Shown: positions 13,054-25,007 of the stretch, piece by piece
Position numbering within the stretch: position 1 is the first letter of the stretch
How the letters are laid out: each line of letters opens with the position of its first letter
Assembly: GCA_002633005.1 (NCBI GenBank)
Contig: NMRA01000396.1
Location: 359,146 to 423,145, forward strand
Direction of reading: 5' to 3'
Source: Phoronis australis
Taxonomy: Eukaryota > Animalia > Phoronida
Length of the DNA stretch: 64,000 bases
Position numbers and translations under genes: made by a program
The notes under the pieces: generated by a model
What the model saw: only the letters and a program-made list of their open reading frames with translations
What the model was told of the DNA's origin: nothing
Database searches by the model: none

Positions 13054-16000
13054 GTAAGAACCTGTGTCTGCGACTCTTACAATATCATGTATATGAATAT
13101 CAACGGCGTAGACGCCTCCCCCCATTAACTTGCATGTGTCGGGAATGAAATCTTGGTGGCGACTGGACAGGACACCATTTTCCAGTGCTACGACGGGAAG
13201 CACTGCGAAAGGGCTTCTTATTCATTCATTTCATACTTTACGTTTGCCTGAATCTTGTACATGTGGTGAATTATCAATAGATGGAAAGGTGTATCTGCGT
13301 TTCTCAACATCAACCAGTCAAAATGTTCGAATGTTACAAGTAAAAATAGTCGCTTGATATTACTACTGATGCCCGATATTACAGGAAAAGGCCCAAAAAC
13401 CGAAATGTTCGTTTTGGTCTGTACCCCGACTCATTTTGACACGTGCTCTCACGGACTAAACAAAAATTACACCTTTCATCAATGTCAGTCAAGGTCTGGT
13501 GTTGCTTTTTCTGTTCTCAATTTATTTTTAATTTAATTTGTAAATTTAATTTGCGTATATTCATTTAATTTAAGTTAACTTCATTTAATCTAATTTAATT
13601 TATTTAATTTAAGAGGACCACGCTGCACATTAATAGCATTTGGCAAAAAGCATATTTTAAATGTTATTAGATTTTATCCTCTATAAATAAAGTTTATAGT
13701 TGAAAAGGCACGTAACAAGGTTTGAAACGCCATGATTTGCGAAGCGACTAGTGATAAACAAATCACGCATCATTGTGGTTCGTTTCGGTTAGATTTACTT
13801 TTTTGAAAAAGAGCGCACCAAAAAGTACTGCTTCATCGACTCTATTTTCTAGAAATACAGACCGGAAACAACTATGATTTTTGGCCTAATGTGGTGCCTT
13901 TTTCGTCTGAAAACATCGCATCTGGTTACATGTACAGACAGTATGACCTGATCTAAGTTATCTAAAATACGCTTACAAACTTAATGAGGTATCTGTCGAA
14001 CGGATTCGACTATTGTAGCACCCCCTAGTTTTGAAGTAATCATTACTTTTCCGTTGTTCCTTTGTTGGCAGTTTATACTGTTATGTACATTTCTATAAAA
14101 ATCGACTTAATCTTCCAAGTTGGGTGATTTTTGGTCAGTTATAAGTTACTAGATAACGACATTTTTCATTTAGTTTGAAAGTCAGGGAATATTTGGTGTT
14201 TACCAAAAATATACTCAGAGCTCATTACAACGCCCGGAGTTCAGATTCAGTTCTCATGGATCAGACTCTGCGCTCAGGACCCTGTGTGGTTAAACCTTGC
14301 TGTGAAACCATCAAATGTACCCCCAGGCTTTGCTGATTTACCCAATTGGCGCCACGTTCTAAATGCCTACCGGTTGTTTATTGACTTACAGGCAACAATG
14401 TGCAATGCATGTTCTGTTTGATCCACAGGAGTTTACAAAGAGATATTTTCCGTTTGCATCAATTTGTTTCGTTTGGTCCATTTGAGGGAAATTCACGTAA
14501 GCTGGCAGTACACTGGCAACTATGGATGTGAGCGATACTCCATCTATCCGATCGACTCAGCATTTACAGGTAAGATTTTTACAAAAGAACTTGACGTCAT
14601 TTGGAACAACACGTGACTGTAAGTATTCTCACTTTTTTCCCAGAGTCAGAGCTGATTTACGTCACGTAGTAGAACCGATATTTAGCCATGCACTTGCGGT
14701 AAGAAATGTTTGATTATGTAACAGTCCTATAATTCCGCATTTCAAACTCATCGACCAATACTCGAGTTCATGGTTTCTACCACAATTCTGAAAATTTAAT
14801 TAGTGATGATAGATTAAACAATTCAAGTCACGTGCGTATCTATGTAGATGGACGGAGGAGTAAGGCCTCATAAAACCATTTTATTCAAAAGATATCGTCT
14901 GGATATCAAAAGTTGAAATCCCAATCTGTGTAGTCTTGCTTGTTTTAAGGTGTCGATTTGGCGATCTTCATCTCCAGGCCAATTTTCTTTTAAGTTTTTC
15001 TTCCTGAGAACCACCTATGCTCGATTTTGGAATGCATTGCTGGATGCCTATGTTGCCGGTGATTTGCGAGGCCGGCTACGTTTTCACAAAGCCCATCCCA
15101 GGATCAGCGCTGATAACGTTAGTTAGACCTTGGTATGAAGAAAATACAAGTTTTCATACTACTGTAATAGAAGTGTTTTAACGTCGTTAGAATCGAAAAT
15201 TATTACTGCCACCGATCACTCCGGCATTGGCTGATCATCGAAGCCAAAATACAAAGGATCAAAAGCTAATTTCATCTGAAAGTTTCTGTGTGCGAACAGC
15301 AATACTCACACACTGATGGCACAAAGTGTTGTTCTCATCATTAGTTTTACTAGCTACTCTTTAAAAAGTTCGTTTTTATTGTTTGTGTAACGGGATCGCC
15401 GTCTATTGATGGAGTCGTGAGTCAAGGCTACATGTATGTTTAATTGCAGAACCTCGAGTGGTCAAATATATTTTAAAGGAGTGGTTGTTGGTGAATCCCA
15501 TTATTTAGTACTTCCGACGACGCAAATTTCATTTTGAATTTTAATTGGATTTTACATTTAAATTGAGACCCATATTTCAGCTTAATTTTGTCCTTTTGCG
15601 GTGCGAATTTGCCTATAAAAATGAGCCCCACAAGCTGAAACTTCGGATTATGCGTGGTCTGGATCCTATCCGCAAGGAATCCAAACCAAACTAAGTAGCT
15701 TTTTGGGTCATTTATTTGAACTTTAATGTTTTTCGACGTATTTTTCTTGCTTGTGTATTCTTTGGATTATTTGTCAAAGCAGGATGACGACGGAAGCTAA
15801 TCATGAGTTGTAAGTTTGTAGATTTGTAATTTATATTTAGCACATAATAAACTAAGTATGTTTCTCTACTTCTCTCTTGTTTCACTCTCCGTAAGTCGAC
15901 TCGTATGCGATACGGAAGAGTGAAAAAGTAGACAACGCTGCAATTATTTTTATTGGCTACGAACAGTCGATTCCCATTACGTTTGGTTCCTATGGAGTGC

Positions 16001-19000
16001 AACGTGAAAATCGGCTTGTTTACTCTATCTGAGTCTCTATCACGCCAGTGCTGACACCTACTTTGCTTACTCAACTCGAAATCTTAGGGTTAATTTCATA
16101 AGTGACGTCGCACGTACAAGCTGATGTTTGCCGTCTAAGGAACACAGCTCAGTTGTTTGTTCATTCACTGTAATCGCTTGGAAATAAGATCACGGTCTTT
16201 GCTTGTTGTGAGTGGCAATACAACGAGAATACTTGCATGATCTCGCCAAACTCGCAAGAGGTACTCGTTGTAAATTGTAACATCGACTAAAATAACAAAA
16301 GAACACGAAGTAAGGAATTTCCATTAATGCTGTACAAACTGATCTCGACGATGATTCTTTTCAACATATGTAAGATAATTTATATCCAACACATATTTCA
16401 AAAAACAATATCCTCCTTTCAGAATACACTCAGGACGAAGAAGAAGGTGACCAATTTGTAGGCCTCCAGATGGCTGGGGTATATTACTACATCTTCAACA
16501 AGATACCGGTGCCCCAGAACTTGGAGAAAATATACATCGTCCACACCTTGCTTTTGTATTTCTGGAATATAGACGTAGAATTTGCCCCCAATAACGTGAA
16601 ACTCGTCGACTTATCAGAGAACAGAATGGAATCAATTGAAACTACGGTCAGGGGGTTAACGTTACTCAGTCATTTGATCCTTCGTAACAATAATCTGAAG
16701 TACGTGAAGCCGGGATTTCTAGCTTATTTACCATCGATAAAAATAATAGAACTACAGGACAATTTACTCGGTTTGGATATGAAACCCCATCAGTTCGCGA
16801 GGGTTTTTGAAAACGTAACAAGTCTCACTGAAATAGACCTCACAAGCAATTATTTGCACAACCTCACCGCAGAATGTTTAACAGGCAATAAAAATTTGAC
16901 AAAATTACATCTTGCAAATAACAAACTCGCCAAAATAGGATTACAAGTGGAAAATTTTCCCATGTTAGAGTTTCTAAATTTGTCTAAGAATGCGATTTTA
17001 TTTCTGTCGTTAAACGAGACATCTGCCCTAGATTCTATAGCGAAGCAACACGAACTGATTGTAGACCTATCTGGAAACATCATGCTGTGTTCCTGCGCCA
17101 CTTTGAACTTCCTCGAATGGTTGAGAACTGCCAGTGTTACATTTCCCAAGAAGAGCTCATACATGTGTACCTATAAAGGCAAAACACGAAATTTGGAGGA
17201 ATTTCTCAACAGTGACTACGAGGATTTTCGTGACGAATGCTTTTCTAATGTTATTACTATTCTAACAAGTTCGTTGGTAGCTGGCACTGTTCTGGTGTTG
17301 TCCGTAGTCATAGGTAAGTTGTCGCAACTGAACAATTTTTGGGATAAAAATATTTTGACTATCGCTACCACCCATTACGATCTTTGCTATAAATAATACA
17401 ATTATTCTCAATAAATTGAGTTAAAACTACTACAGTATAAACCAGATTCTGGTTTTACAAGTTTCTTCACAGCCGTGTTCTACCTTCCATTCAATGTCGT
17501 TGCATCCTCTGATTGAGCTATGCTGGCATAGCTCATTGTTGAAATGAAACTGTACACAAAATAACGTCCGGAATTCCATTGACAATCACAGCTTCAGCAG
17601 CTGAAACTCCCTTTAAGAAGTAATTATAAACGTCTGGTCTGACGTGATAACGAACCTTGGAATTGGCTCTAAACCTCTGGACTAGGAACAAAGTCCAACC
17701 ATGGGTAAATGTCCTCAATTAGAGCTTTTTACAGAATAATTGATAAAGCATAACTTGCTGTATATGTATAGAATAGGCACTTTATAGCCACGTGTGATCA
17801 CGTGACACAGTAATTACACGAACCAATGAGCTTCTTCAATCCGTGTAGACAGTCAAGTCTACTTCGGGACCATTGGTTAAGCACAGAAATACAATATTTT
17901 CTCTACAGTTCATTCGTGATTAGGTCAGCCTCTATTCTATATAAAATCCAATACAGGGTGGTACAGAAGATGGCACATCCGCTACATCATCTACAAGTTA
18001 TTTCGACAACCTCCTGAACCCAACGACGGTCACAGATACGATGCCTATCTAGCTTACGAAAGCAGAGACCATGACAAGGCTTTGGAAATGACAGCGGTTC
18101 TTGAGCGAGATCATGGCCTTAAGATCTACATACACGACAGAAATGCACCGTTGCCTGGTGATCACCACGACAGCATTTTTGACGGTGAGTTCAAACGGAT
18201 GTTTGTGCATACGCATTGTGCCACGCTCTTTCACACATAAATTCAAGCGTGTTGCGTTAAATTTGCAGAGTTTTTGTCGTTCGAGGCCCCCCCCCCGCCC
18301 CTGGGTGCGCCCATGAATAGCCTTTTCTGGGGGCACCGGTTAATTTTTCTGCGATTATTGTTACAGGATACAAGGACACGTGACTTTCGGAATTTCTGTT
18401 GTCTTGGTCGAATATCATGATTCACTTCGTTGTATAACATATAAAATAATCTGTTACGTCTAAATGTTAACCATCTTAGTCGTCAAACTCGGGATGGCTG
18501 ATTTTTGCACTTATAAGTTGTTAGATGCGGTGTCTGCATATTACGCATCTGAATATTCGCTTTCGGGCGTTTCGGTGCTATTGTTGAACTGCGTGGAAGG
18601 TTTTGTTCATTGAACTGCCATACTGTTCGTTTGCTCCTCCTAAAGTGTTTTTCACAAACACGTTTCCTCCATGCCAACTGTGCCATAAGGGAATTGAGGG
18701 GGGCAGGGGCCCGCCCGCCCCCCCCCCCCTCCTTGGCTGGCTGCCCCAAGCAAAATGGAACAGCAACAACGTGAAGCGGGAGGAAATAGGACCAGTAGAA
18801 GAGGAAGGGGGGCTCAGACCCCAGATCTTAGCGTTGCGTCTGTTTTTGTCTTTTTTTAGTCCACTGGTAGATTTCCCGGACAGAAGGTTCACGTGCCCGA
18901 CCCGGCATCTTTCGGGCCTGCGCTCTAGTAACATACATGTACAATCGCGCTTTGCCCACTTCCCTGAGACAACATGTTTCCCCCCTTATGGTATCCTAGA

Positions 19001-22000
19001 TCTGCCACTATGTGCTCATTTGCACTGGATGCAAGCCGAAAATGTGTAACTCGTATATAGAATCCTAAACGAGTCTCAGGTTTATGACATGGGCAAAACC
19101 TCTTGGAAATTTCGTCAAAATCCCGAGGCTTTCACATGAACCGTAAAAACTATCTTGTTTGCGGAAAAACTAGACGTGTCTAAAACTTTCAACCACATGA
19201 CGCATTTTTATGCGCCCACATATTTATATGTGGACGCTTTATGCCGCCATCTCCGTCCGTCCGTTCGTTCGTCCGTTCACCCGTCCGTCCGTCCGTCCGT
19301 CCGGCGTCCGGCGTCCGGTGGTCTATCTCCAAAATGCCTTGACGTATGTTCATGAAATTTTGCACATTCTTTCCTTCTGTGGATGGGACGGCATGAGTGA
19401 AATTTTGGACGGATCCGACTAGCGGTGTGCCCCCTAGTGGCAATTTTAGTTTGTTACGTTTATCTCTGTATCTTCTCCGTTCTCAACGGATTTTCATCAT
19501 CGATAAAATTTTGTTCATAGGCACCTATTAATGAGATGATGCGATCCTCTTGTTTTCGAAAGAATTCGACGTAGTTTGCGTCATCTAGTGACCTTTTTAC
19601 TTTTTCCGAGTCTGTTTTTGCATGCACTCCTCCATCAACCAAATCGCTCAAAGGATGATTGCGAAAATTGGCATGCATGTTCCTACTATGAATTGGACGG
19701 CTGACAATGATTTTACGACTTCTACTACTGTGGCGCCTCCTAGTGGCAGTTTTGTTTATTTTTGCGCCAATGGCTGTATTTCCTAAACCGTTTGCAGGAT
19801 CTGTACTTAATTTAGCGAGTGTATTTATATGATGTTGACAACCTACGACGACGACTTTCTGATGGATCCTGACTGCTGGTGTGCCACCTAGCGGCAGTTT
19901 TAGTTTTTTTTACGTTTACCTGTGTATCCTTAATGGTCCTCAACAGATTTTCATAAAATTTTGAATATAGGCATCTATTGGCAACGTAACGCTATCCTCC
20001 TGTTTTTGGATGGAATCGAGGTATTTCGAGACACCTAGTGGCCATTTTTGCTGTTTTCAAGCCCTTTTTGGCACACACGCTTCTATCAACCAAAGCATTC
20101 TAGGAATGGTTATGAAAATTGGCATATATGTTCTTATCGTGAAGAGGACATTTGATGATGGCGACTGACAACTGTGGCGCTTCCTAGTGGTATTTTTTTG
20201 TTTTGTGCCCATAGCTCTATCTCTTAAACCCACTGCACGATCTTTATTAAATTTAGTAAGTGTATTAATATATGAAGATTACAACAGACGACGATCATGA
20301 CTTTCAGGCGGATCCAACGGACGCTGTGGCCACGGGTGGCAGTTTCATTTTATTCTGTTTCCCATTGTTTTTCTGAAGTTCCTTGACAGAATTTTATTAA
20401 GAATGGCATGTTCCTGTTTTTGGATAGATTGTACCGTTTTGCGCTATCTAGTGGCCATTTTTATGATACAAATAAATAACCCTAAAAGCACACCATGTGC
20501 GATGCATTCGTGGGCGCGTTTCTCTTGTTGTGAAAACGGTTGCGCAATGTGAAGTAATGCACTTACTTTTTGTAAATAGTTTTAATTTAAGCTTAACAAT
20601 TGTAACTTGCATTACGCTTTCGTAGCAAATAGATAGGTTGGAATGTAATGAATATTCTATGAAGTTATAATATTAACACTTAATAAGCCAGCAAGGCTTC
20701 CCCGTGTGTGAGCACTGAATTCACCTTGAGACAGCACTGCTAGACTGGCTCGTCGTGTTTCTTGAGTTAGGGTTGGTCTCTGTTTGCATGAAATTGGATA
20801 TGGAATTCGCCGCCGAGGATGGGTCCGTTTAAGAAGTTGTTCGCGTGTCCTTCCGACTAGGAGTACGTACGGTTGCGTTGCAACACCCGATTTGTCAATC
20901 TTAACCGTGTCACCTTCTCGGAATTCCGGTATTGTTTGGTTGACGCGCGTTTGGTGGTTTGCAGACGATAAAATGTTACGCGCAAGGATTGTTACTTTGC
21001 ACTACTTTGTGATTTGCCCATGTCTAATAAAAAATACGTACTCTGTGATAGTCGTGTCGTAACACATAACAGGTCATGTGAGAAATAAAATCTAGGTTCT
21101 TGAGATCATTGGTCCATTGCGTTATTTTCACTTAAAACCACGTATTACACGTACTTAAATATTGATGTCTAGTCCGAAGTTCCACTACTTCTAGAGTTCA
21201 ATACTCTGAGGATTCACTGCTCCTTAAATTTAGCATGTCTCTTTATGAGGGTGAATTGACGTAAAACTGTATTTGTATCAATTTAACGAAACTGGCAGAG
21301 GCTGGGTAACCCCTTTCACTATCGATCCGGTCGTGTGCGTGGTTACCGGGTATGGTGGGTCAGGTTGGGCGAGCAGCGGATAAACATTTCTTTCTCTCTG
21401 TGAAATGGTATGATCAGATTATGAATTTGGTCAATGTATGGTGGTTGATAATTCATTCATAGTCCTACTTTATATTCCTTCGAAAGGCAAACCGAAGTAC
21501 GTACTCATTTTTCGTATCCATAAGAAATATTTTCAAACCCAGTTTCGCATGCGCATGCCAAAACGCTCGCAAACTGTTGTTTTTGTTGATACTTCATGTC
21601 GTTTATTTTTGCATAAAGAAATATGAAAATTACACCGGAGTCTGCAAGTTGATACATATCCATAGGAGTAAACCTTCGGTGTAGGCAACCTTCAGAATAG
21701 TGATAATCCCTCAGAGCTCTGAAACTTTGGAGTTAGTGGGATGATCTCCTTTAATATCGCTAACCATATGGTGCTCTTCACTTTATTTGCCAGTTTTCTT
21801 TTCTTTCCTTTGTAGGAAAGCATCTTTCTCTGTCTTGTAAACGAGTTCATAAGAAACGTTGCTGACAATTCCTTAAATAACTTTTTCATAATCTTTACGA
21901 CCATTTCCCTTGGATCTACATAACATGTTAGACTCGGTCGCTTTTGACATATCCACAAAGATGATCACCTTTAGAAAATTGTCCAGTAACTTGAACACGT

Positions 22001-25000
22001 ATTTCAGGAGTTGGCCGTAGCAAGAAAGTAATACTGTTGATCACAGACCATGCTTTGAGAAGTCAAGAGTCATGGTGGAGCTTTGAAACTGACCTGTCTC
22101 TGTCCATTAAGGGGAAGGGCAAGATTCTCTGTGTGGTGAAAGGACATCTGCCCATCGGCAGGTAATTAACAAAACAGCAAATAAGTAAGAGATTATACAG
22201 GCAATGGCAAAATGGCAATACTATAATTTCTACAATGAGGTGGTCTTGACTTGTGTAGCAGGAGTGAGTCCACTAAGGTCAGTGTCCTACCTGCAGGTAT
22301 TCGAATGCCAACATACAGGCCCGATATTCAGTGAATTGCCCGCAGGAGCACTGAATCCTTTTTACACAGGATTATCATTGAACATGGATACTTCTAATTC
22401 TTGTTGCACTGTTTTTATGATTTTTTTTTTGTTAACAAGGGTCCTCAGTCTGCATCCAACATTAACTCACAAGGAAAGACTCCTTAATCAGCAATTATTC
22501 AAGAAAACAGCTAATTTGTTGAAATTTGAACTTACAACTGAACACCAAGTATTAAAACCCTTGATATTTTGCACCAAATACTAGTTCGGGAATTGATGTA
22601 ATATCTAGCGCGTTGTTCAAATCTTGTGCGAAACTATTTGCAGAACTTCTTACACAACATAGTCGTCAATAGCTACATCCTCCTTTCAATACTCCCTGTT
22701 TTTAAAGGTTTTTAACAAAGTTGTCTATTCACAGTTTTACATTTATTTCATCGGGAAAAATCAATCAATATGCAAACATCAATATGAATTCCGACCACAC
22801 TACTCCCAACTACTCCTCGAAAACAGCCGTTTTGGAATTAATCGATAGATTTCATACATATCTCAAGAAAAGTAAAAGCAAAGCTTTTGACACCATAAAC
22901 ATGTCGCTTTCCAAATTGAAACTCTGGAGTACATACTAGCATAGTGTAGGCATGGTTTCAAAGTTATCTAACTTCCAGAAACCAGTATGCATCGTTTTAG
23001 TAATTCTGCCTCTACTCAAAAATGCATAACCATTAGAGTACCAGTAAGTTTTTTTCAGGTTCTCTCTTTTTCATGATAATCAGTGACTTTTGTTAATGAA
23101 GAAACTCTGACTAACTTATTGATGTGTGACCACGACACCTGCTTGATTTTACTATTTTCAAAGCATATAAAGACGTGACATAGCTTTACTTTTTAACGAA
23201 TGAATAACAAAATTTTACAAACATAATGAATGGCTGGTATTCAACAAATTGTAGTAAAAAGAAAATTTGTGCTGTCATCAATAAAATATACACGTAAAAC
23301 ATATTCCACGACTAAAGGTAAAAACACACTGATTCTAAAAAATTTAAATGTATTGATCTAAAAGTCTTTTACCTGGAACAAACAATTGAAATATTATTTA
23401 ACAAGATACGTGGACTGACAGATTCCAATCACATATATAGTACACACCAATAGTATTCAGATAAAATGACACTATAATAGTCATAACCTGTCATTTTTGC
23501 TGTCAAGATAATTAGACGTAATGGTAAGGAAACAGTCACGGTCAACCCATTTGTAAACAAAGATAAAACTTGACATGACAATGAACATACATTGTTTGCA
23601 CAAAATTCACAATTGCGCTGAAAACTTAAAAAACATAGTTGAGTTCCTGTTGACACTCTTTCGTCAGTGCAACTGGCCACTTATCCCAAAGATGCTCAAT
23701 CGTCAAACTTTTCCGAACGTATAGTAACTGAGTATTTTTTTCACATTCCTATCTTTATAGTTTTTGTAAAGAGTACTTATTGAATAAGCACCCGTTAATA
23801 TGTAATTTTAAGAACAGCTTGGTGTCTTGCCAGTTGTAAAATCTCAGTGGAGTTGTTATGTACTGGTGTTATTTAACGCTGCCCCAGCTTTTTACGAATG
23901 CGGATGTCCACCGATATCTTTCTGAGAAAGTTCTATATCACAAACAATGAATAGACAGTCGGTATTGAATGTGTCATGATCTCTGTGTCCAGTGGTCTAT
24001 AGAAATGAAAAAATATAAATTATCTATTTCCCGATTTTTTACCATTGATGTTGAAAGCTATCATTACATTCTCCTACTTCGATATTCTCTAATTTGCCAT
24101 TCTCACTGCAGTTGTGAATAGCTACTGGGATGTTCTATACATAACTTAGTATATAATCGTTGGATAATTGAAAAAATGATAGGTTATCTAAATGCTTTTT
24201 TCGATAGTCTCTCATACAAAAGACCTTCAATCAACACGAATTGTAACTTGCTTTTGTTATTTTTAATTACTATATAATTACTTGATGTTGATGATTAAGT
24301 GGTATTTGTACCATTACCGTAACCACTGCATTGACTATTTTCATTACTATCAGGTTGAACCGGAAACTGAGATACCTAATGGCAGACGACACATACCTGC
24401 TGTGGCCAGATAACGAAAATGCTGCGAACATGTTCACTTTCTGGAGAAATGTTGCCTTAGCAATCACCAGTAAAAATGGTATTCAGATTGACACAGGGGG
24501 TGAGTATTTGACGCAAACTTAGAATTGAGCCTTGGCATAAAATCCCTAGAATATCAGGAGAGCAAGGGTAAACATTCAGGGAGTTATGTAATGGAACAAC
24601 TTAGGTAGTATAAAAGGATTCTTGCCTAGTTGCCAGGCGGACAAAGGTTATCGGTTCCACGTGTTACTACTAATTGTTTCAACAAACCGTTGTTCACATG
24701 TTGTCGGTCCGTTTTCACATTAGTGCATCTGTAGACCTAAGTGTGAATCTATTTTCAACCCAATGCCAAAATATCTTCAGAGATAAGTGACGTTCATGTT
24801 CTTTGTATCCAACCTGTCCACATTTAGTCGTTATAAGATATGAAGTAAGTTGCTCATTTCCCTCGCTTTTGAATATATGACTGAAGAAGCCTATTACTGT
24901 GTGTTATTGATCTCGTTTTAGTGTGTGGGCTATATGTGCCTGAGCATCAGGTCCAGACGATTGCACAACAATTGCCGATGGAACGTATTTCTGCGGCATC

Positions 25001-25007
25001 CACTTAA
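12066..25007 (+). CDS. TLR: Toll-like receptor, copy A (LRR-TM-TIR, single cysteine cluster type), 7 coding exons: 12066-13053, 14429-14569, 16423-17313, 17957-18184, 22008-22161, 24354-24499, 24922-25007 (~877 aa)
   Basis: The exons join in frame with GT-AG sites (intron phases 1,1,1,1,2,1; total 2634 nt). Product has a signal peptide, LRR-NT (CGAPSGCTC..VSC), LxxLxLxxN repeats, LRR-CT (CSCATLNFLEWL..YMC..C), TM (VITILTSSLVAGTVLVLSVVIG), TIR box1 YDAYLAY, box2 LKIYIHDRNAPLPG and box3 FW. Copy B has the same structure. Confidence 0.92.
14429..14569 (+). CDS. TLR copy A coding exon 2 (GVYKEIFSVCINLFRLVHLREIHVSWQY...SAFT)
   Basis: ccacag|GA ... ACAG|gtaag; 141 nt, phase 1-1, open frame; conserved at 48385-48525. 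Confidence 0.85.
16423..17313 (+). CDS. TLR copy A coding exon 3 (C-terminal LRRs, LRR-CT, TM)
   Basis: cctttcag|AA ... ATAG|gtaagt; 891 nt, in frame with ORF 16470-17396. Confidence 0.92.
17957..18184 (+). CDS. TLR copy A coding exon 4 (juxtamembrane WYRRWHIRY, TIR box1 and BB loop)
   Basis: atacag|GG ... GACG|gtgagt; translates GWYRRWHIRYIIYKLF...RYDAYLAYESRD...GLKIYIHDRNAPLPGDHHDSIFD. Confidence 0.9.
19205..20529 (+). mobile_element. Helentron-associated (HINE/DINE-1-like) non-autonomous element in copy A intron 4
   Basis: T-rich start, subterminal IR GCGCCCAC (19212) / GTGGGCGC (20510), 5' hairpin, (GTCC)n microsatellite and an internal array of ~150 bp units; absent from copy B intron 4. 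Confidence 0.7.
22008..22161 (+). CDS. TLR copy A coding exon 5 (TIR core)
   Basis: atttcag|GA ... GGCAG|gtaatt; translates GVGRSKKVILLITDHALRSQESWWSFETDLSLSIKGKGKILCVVKGHLPIG. Confidence 0.9.
22480..23430 (+). mobile_element. Ancient LINE RT fossil in TLR copy A intron 5
   Basis: Decayed motifs QYEFR..YSSKTAVLELIDRF..SKAFDTIN..WFQSYL..NQY; shared with copy B. Confidence 0.65.
24354..24499 (+). CDS. TLR copy A coding exon 6 (TIR C-terminus, box3)
   Basis: ctatcag|G; translates RLNRKLRYLMADDTYLLWPDNENAANMFTFWRNVALAI; donor GG|gtgagt at 24500, or read-through to TAG at 24522. Confidence 0.88.
24922..25007 (+). CDS. TLR copy A putative last coding exon (VCGLYVPEHQVQTIAQQLPMERISAAST*)
   Basis: gttttag acceptor, phase-compatible with the exon 6 donor; frame and stop conserved in copy B with 3 synonymous changes and no indels. 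Confidence 0.6.

Noticed and set aside
13054-13148. Secreted LRR-only proteins from the full ORFs 12066-13148 and 45100-46161
   Set aside because: The tails after the GTAAG donor are unrelated between the copies, so they are best read as intron.
18483-19049. Pro/Gly-rich ORFs on both strands
   Set aside because: They arise from a GC-rich poly-G/C insertion specific to copy A.
19300-20460. Regularly spaced motif array as a CRISPR array
   Set aside because: Eukaryotic context, degenerate repeats, spacers homologous to one another, and no cas genes.
21692-21958. 88-aa antisense ORF in intron 4
   Set aside because: The homologous region of copy B (~55620-55880) has stops and frameshifts; no recognisable domain.
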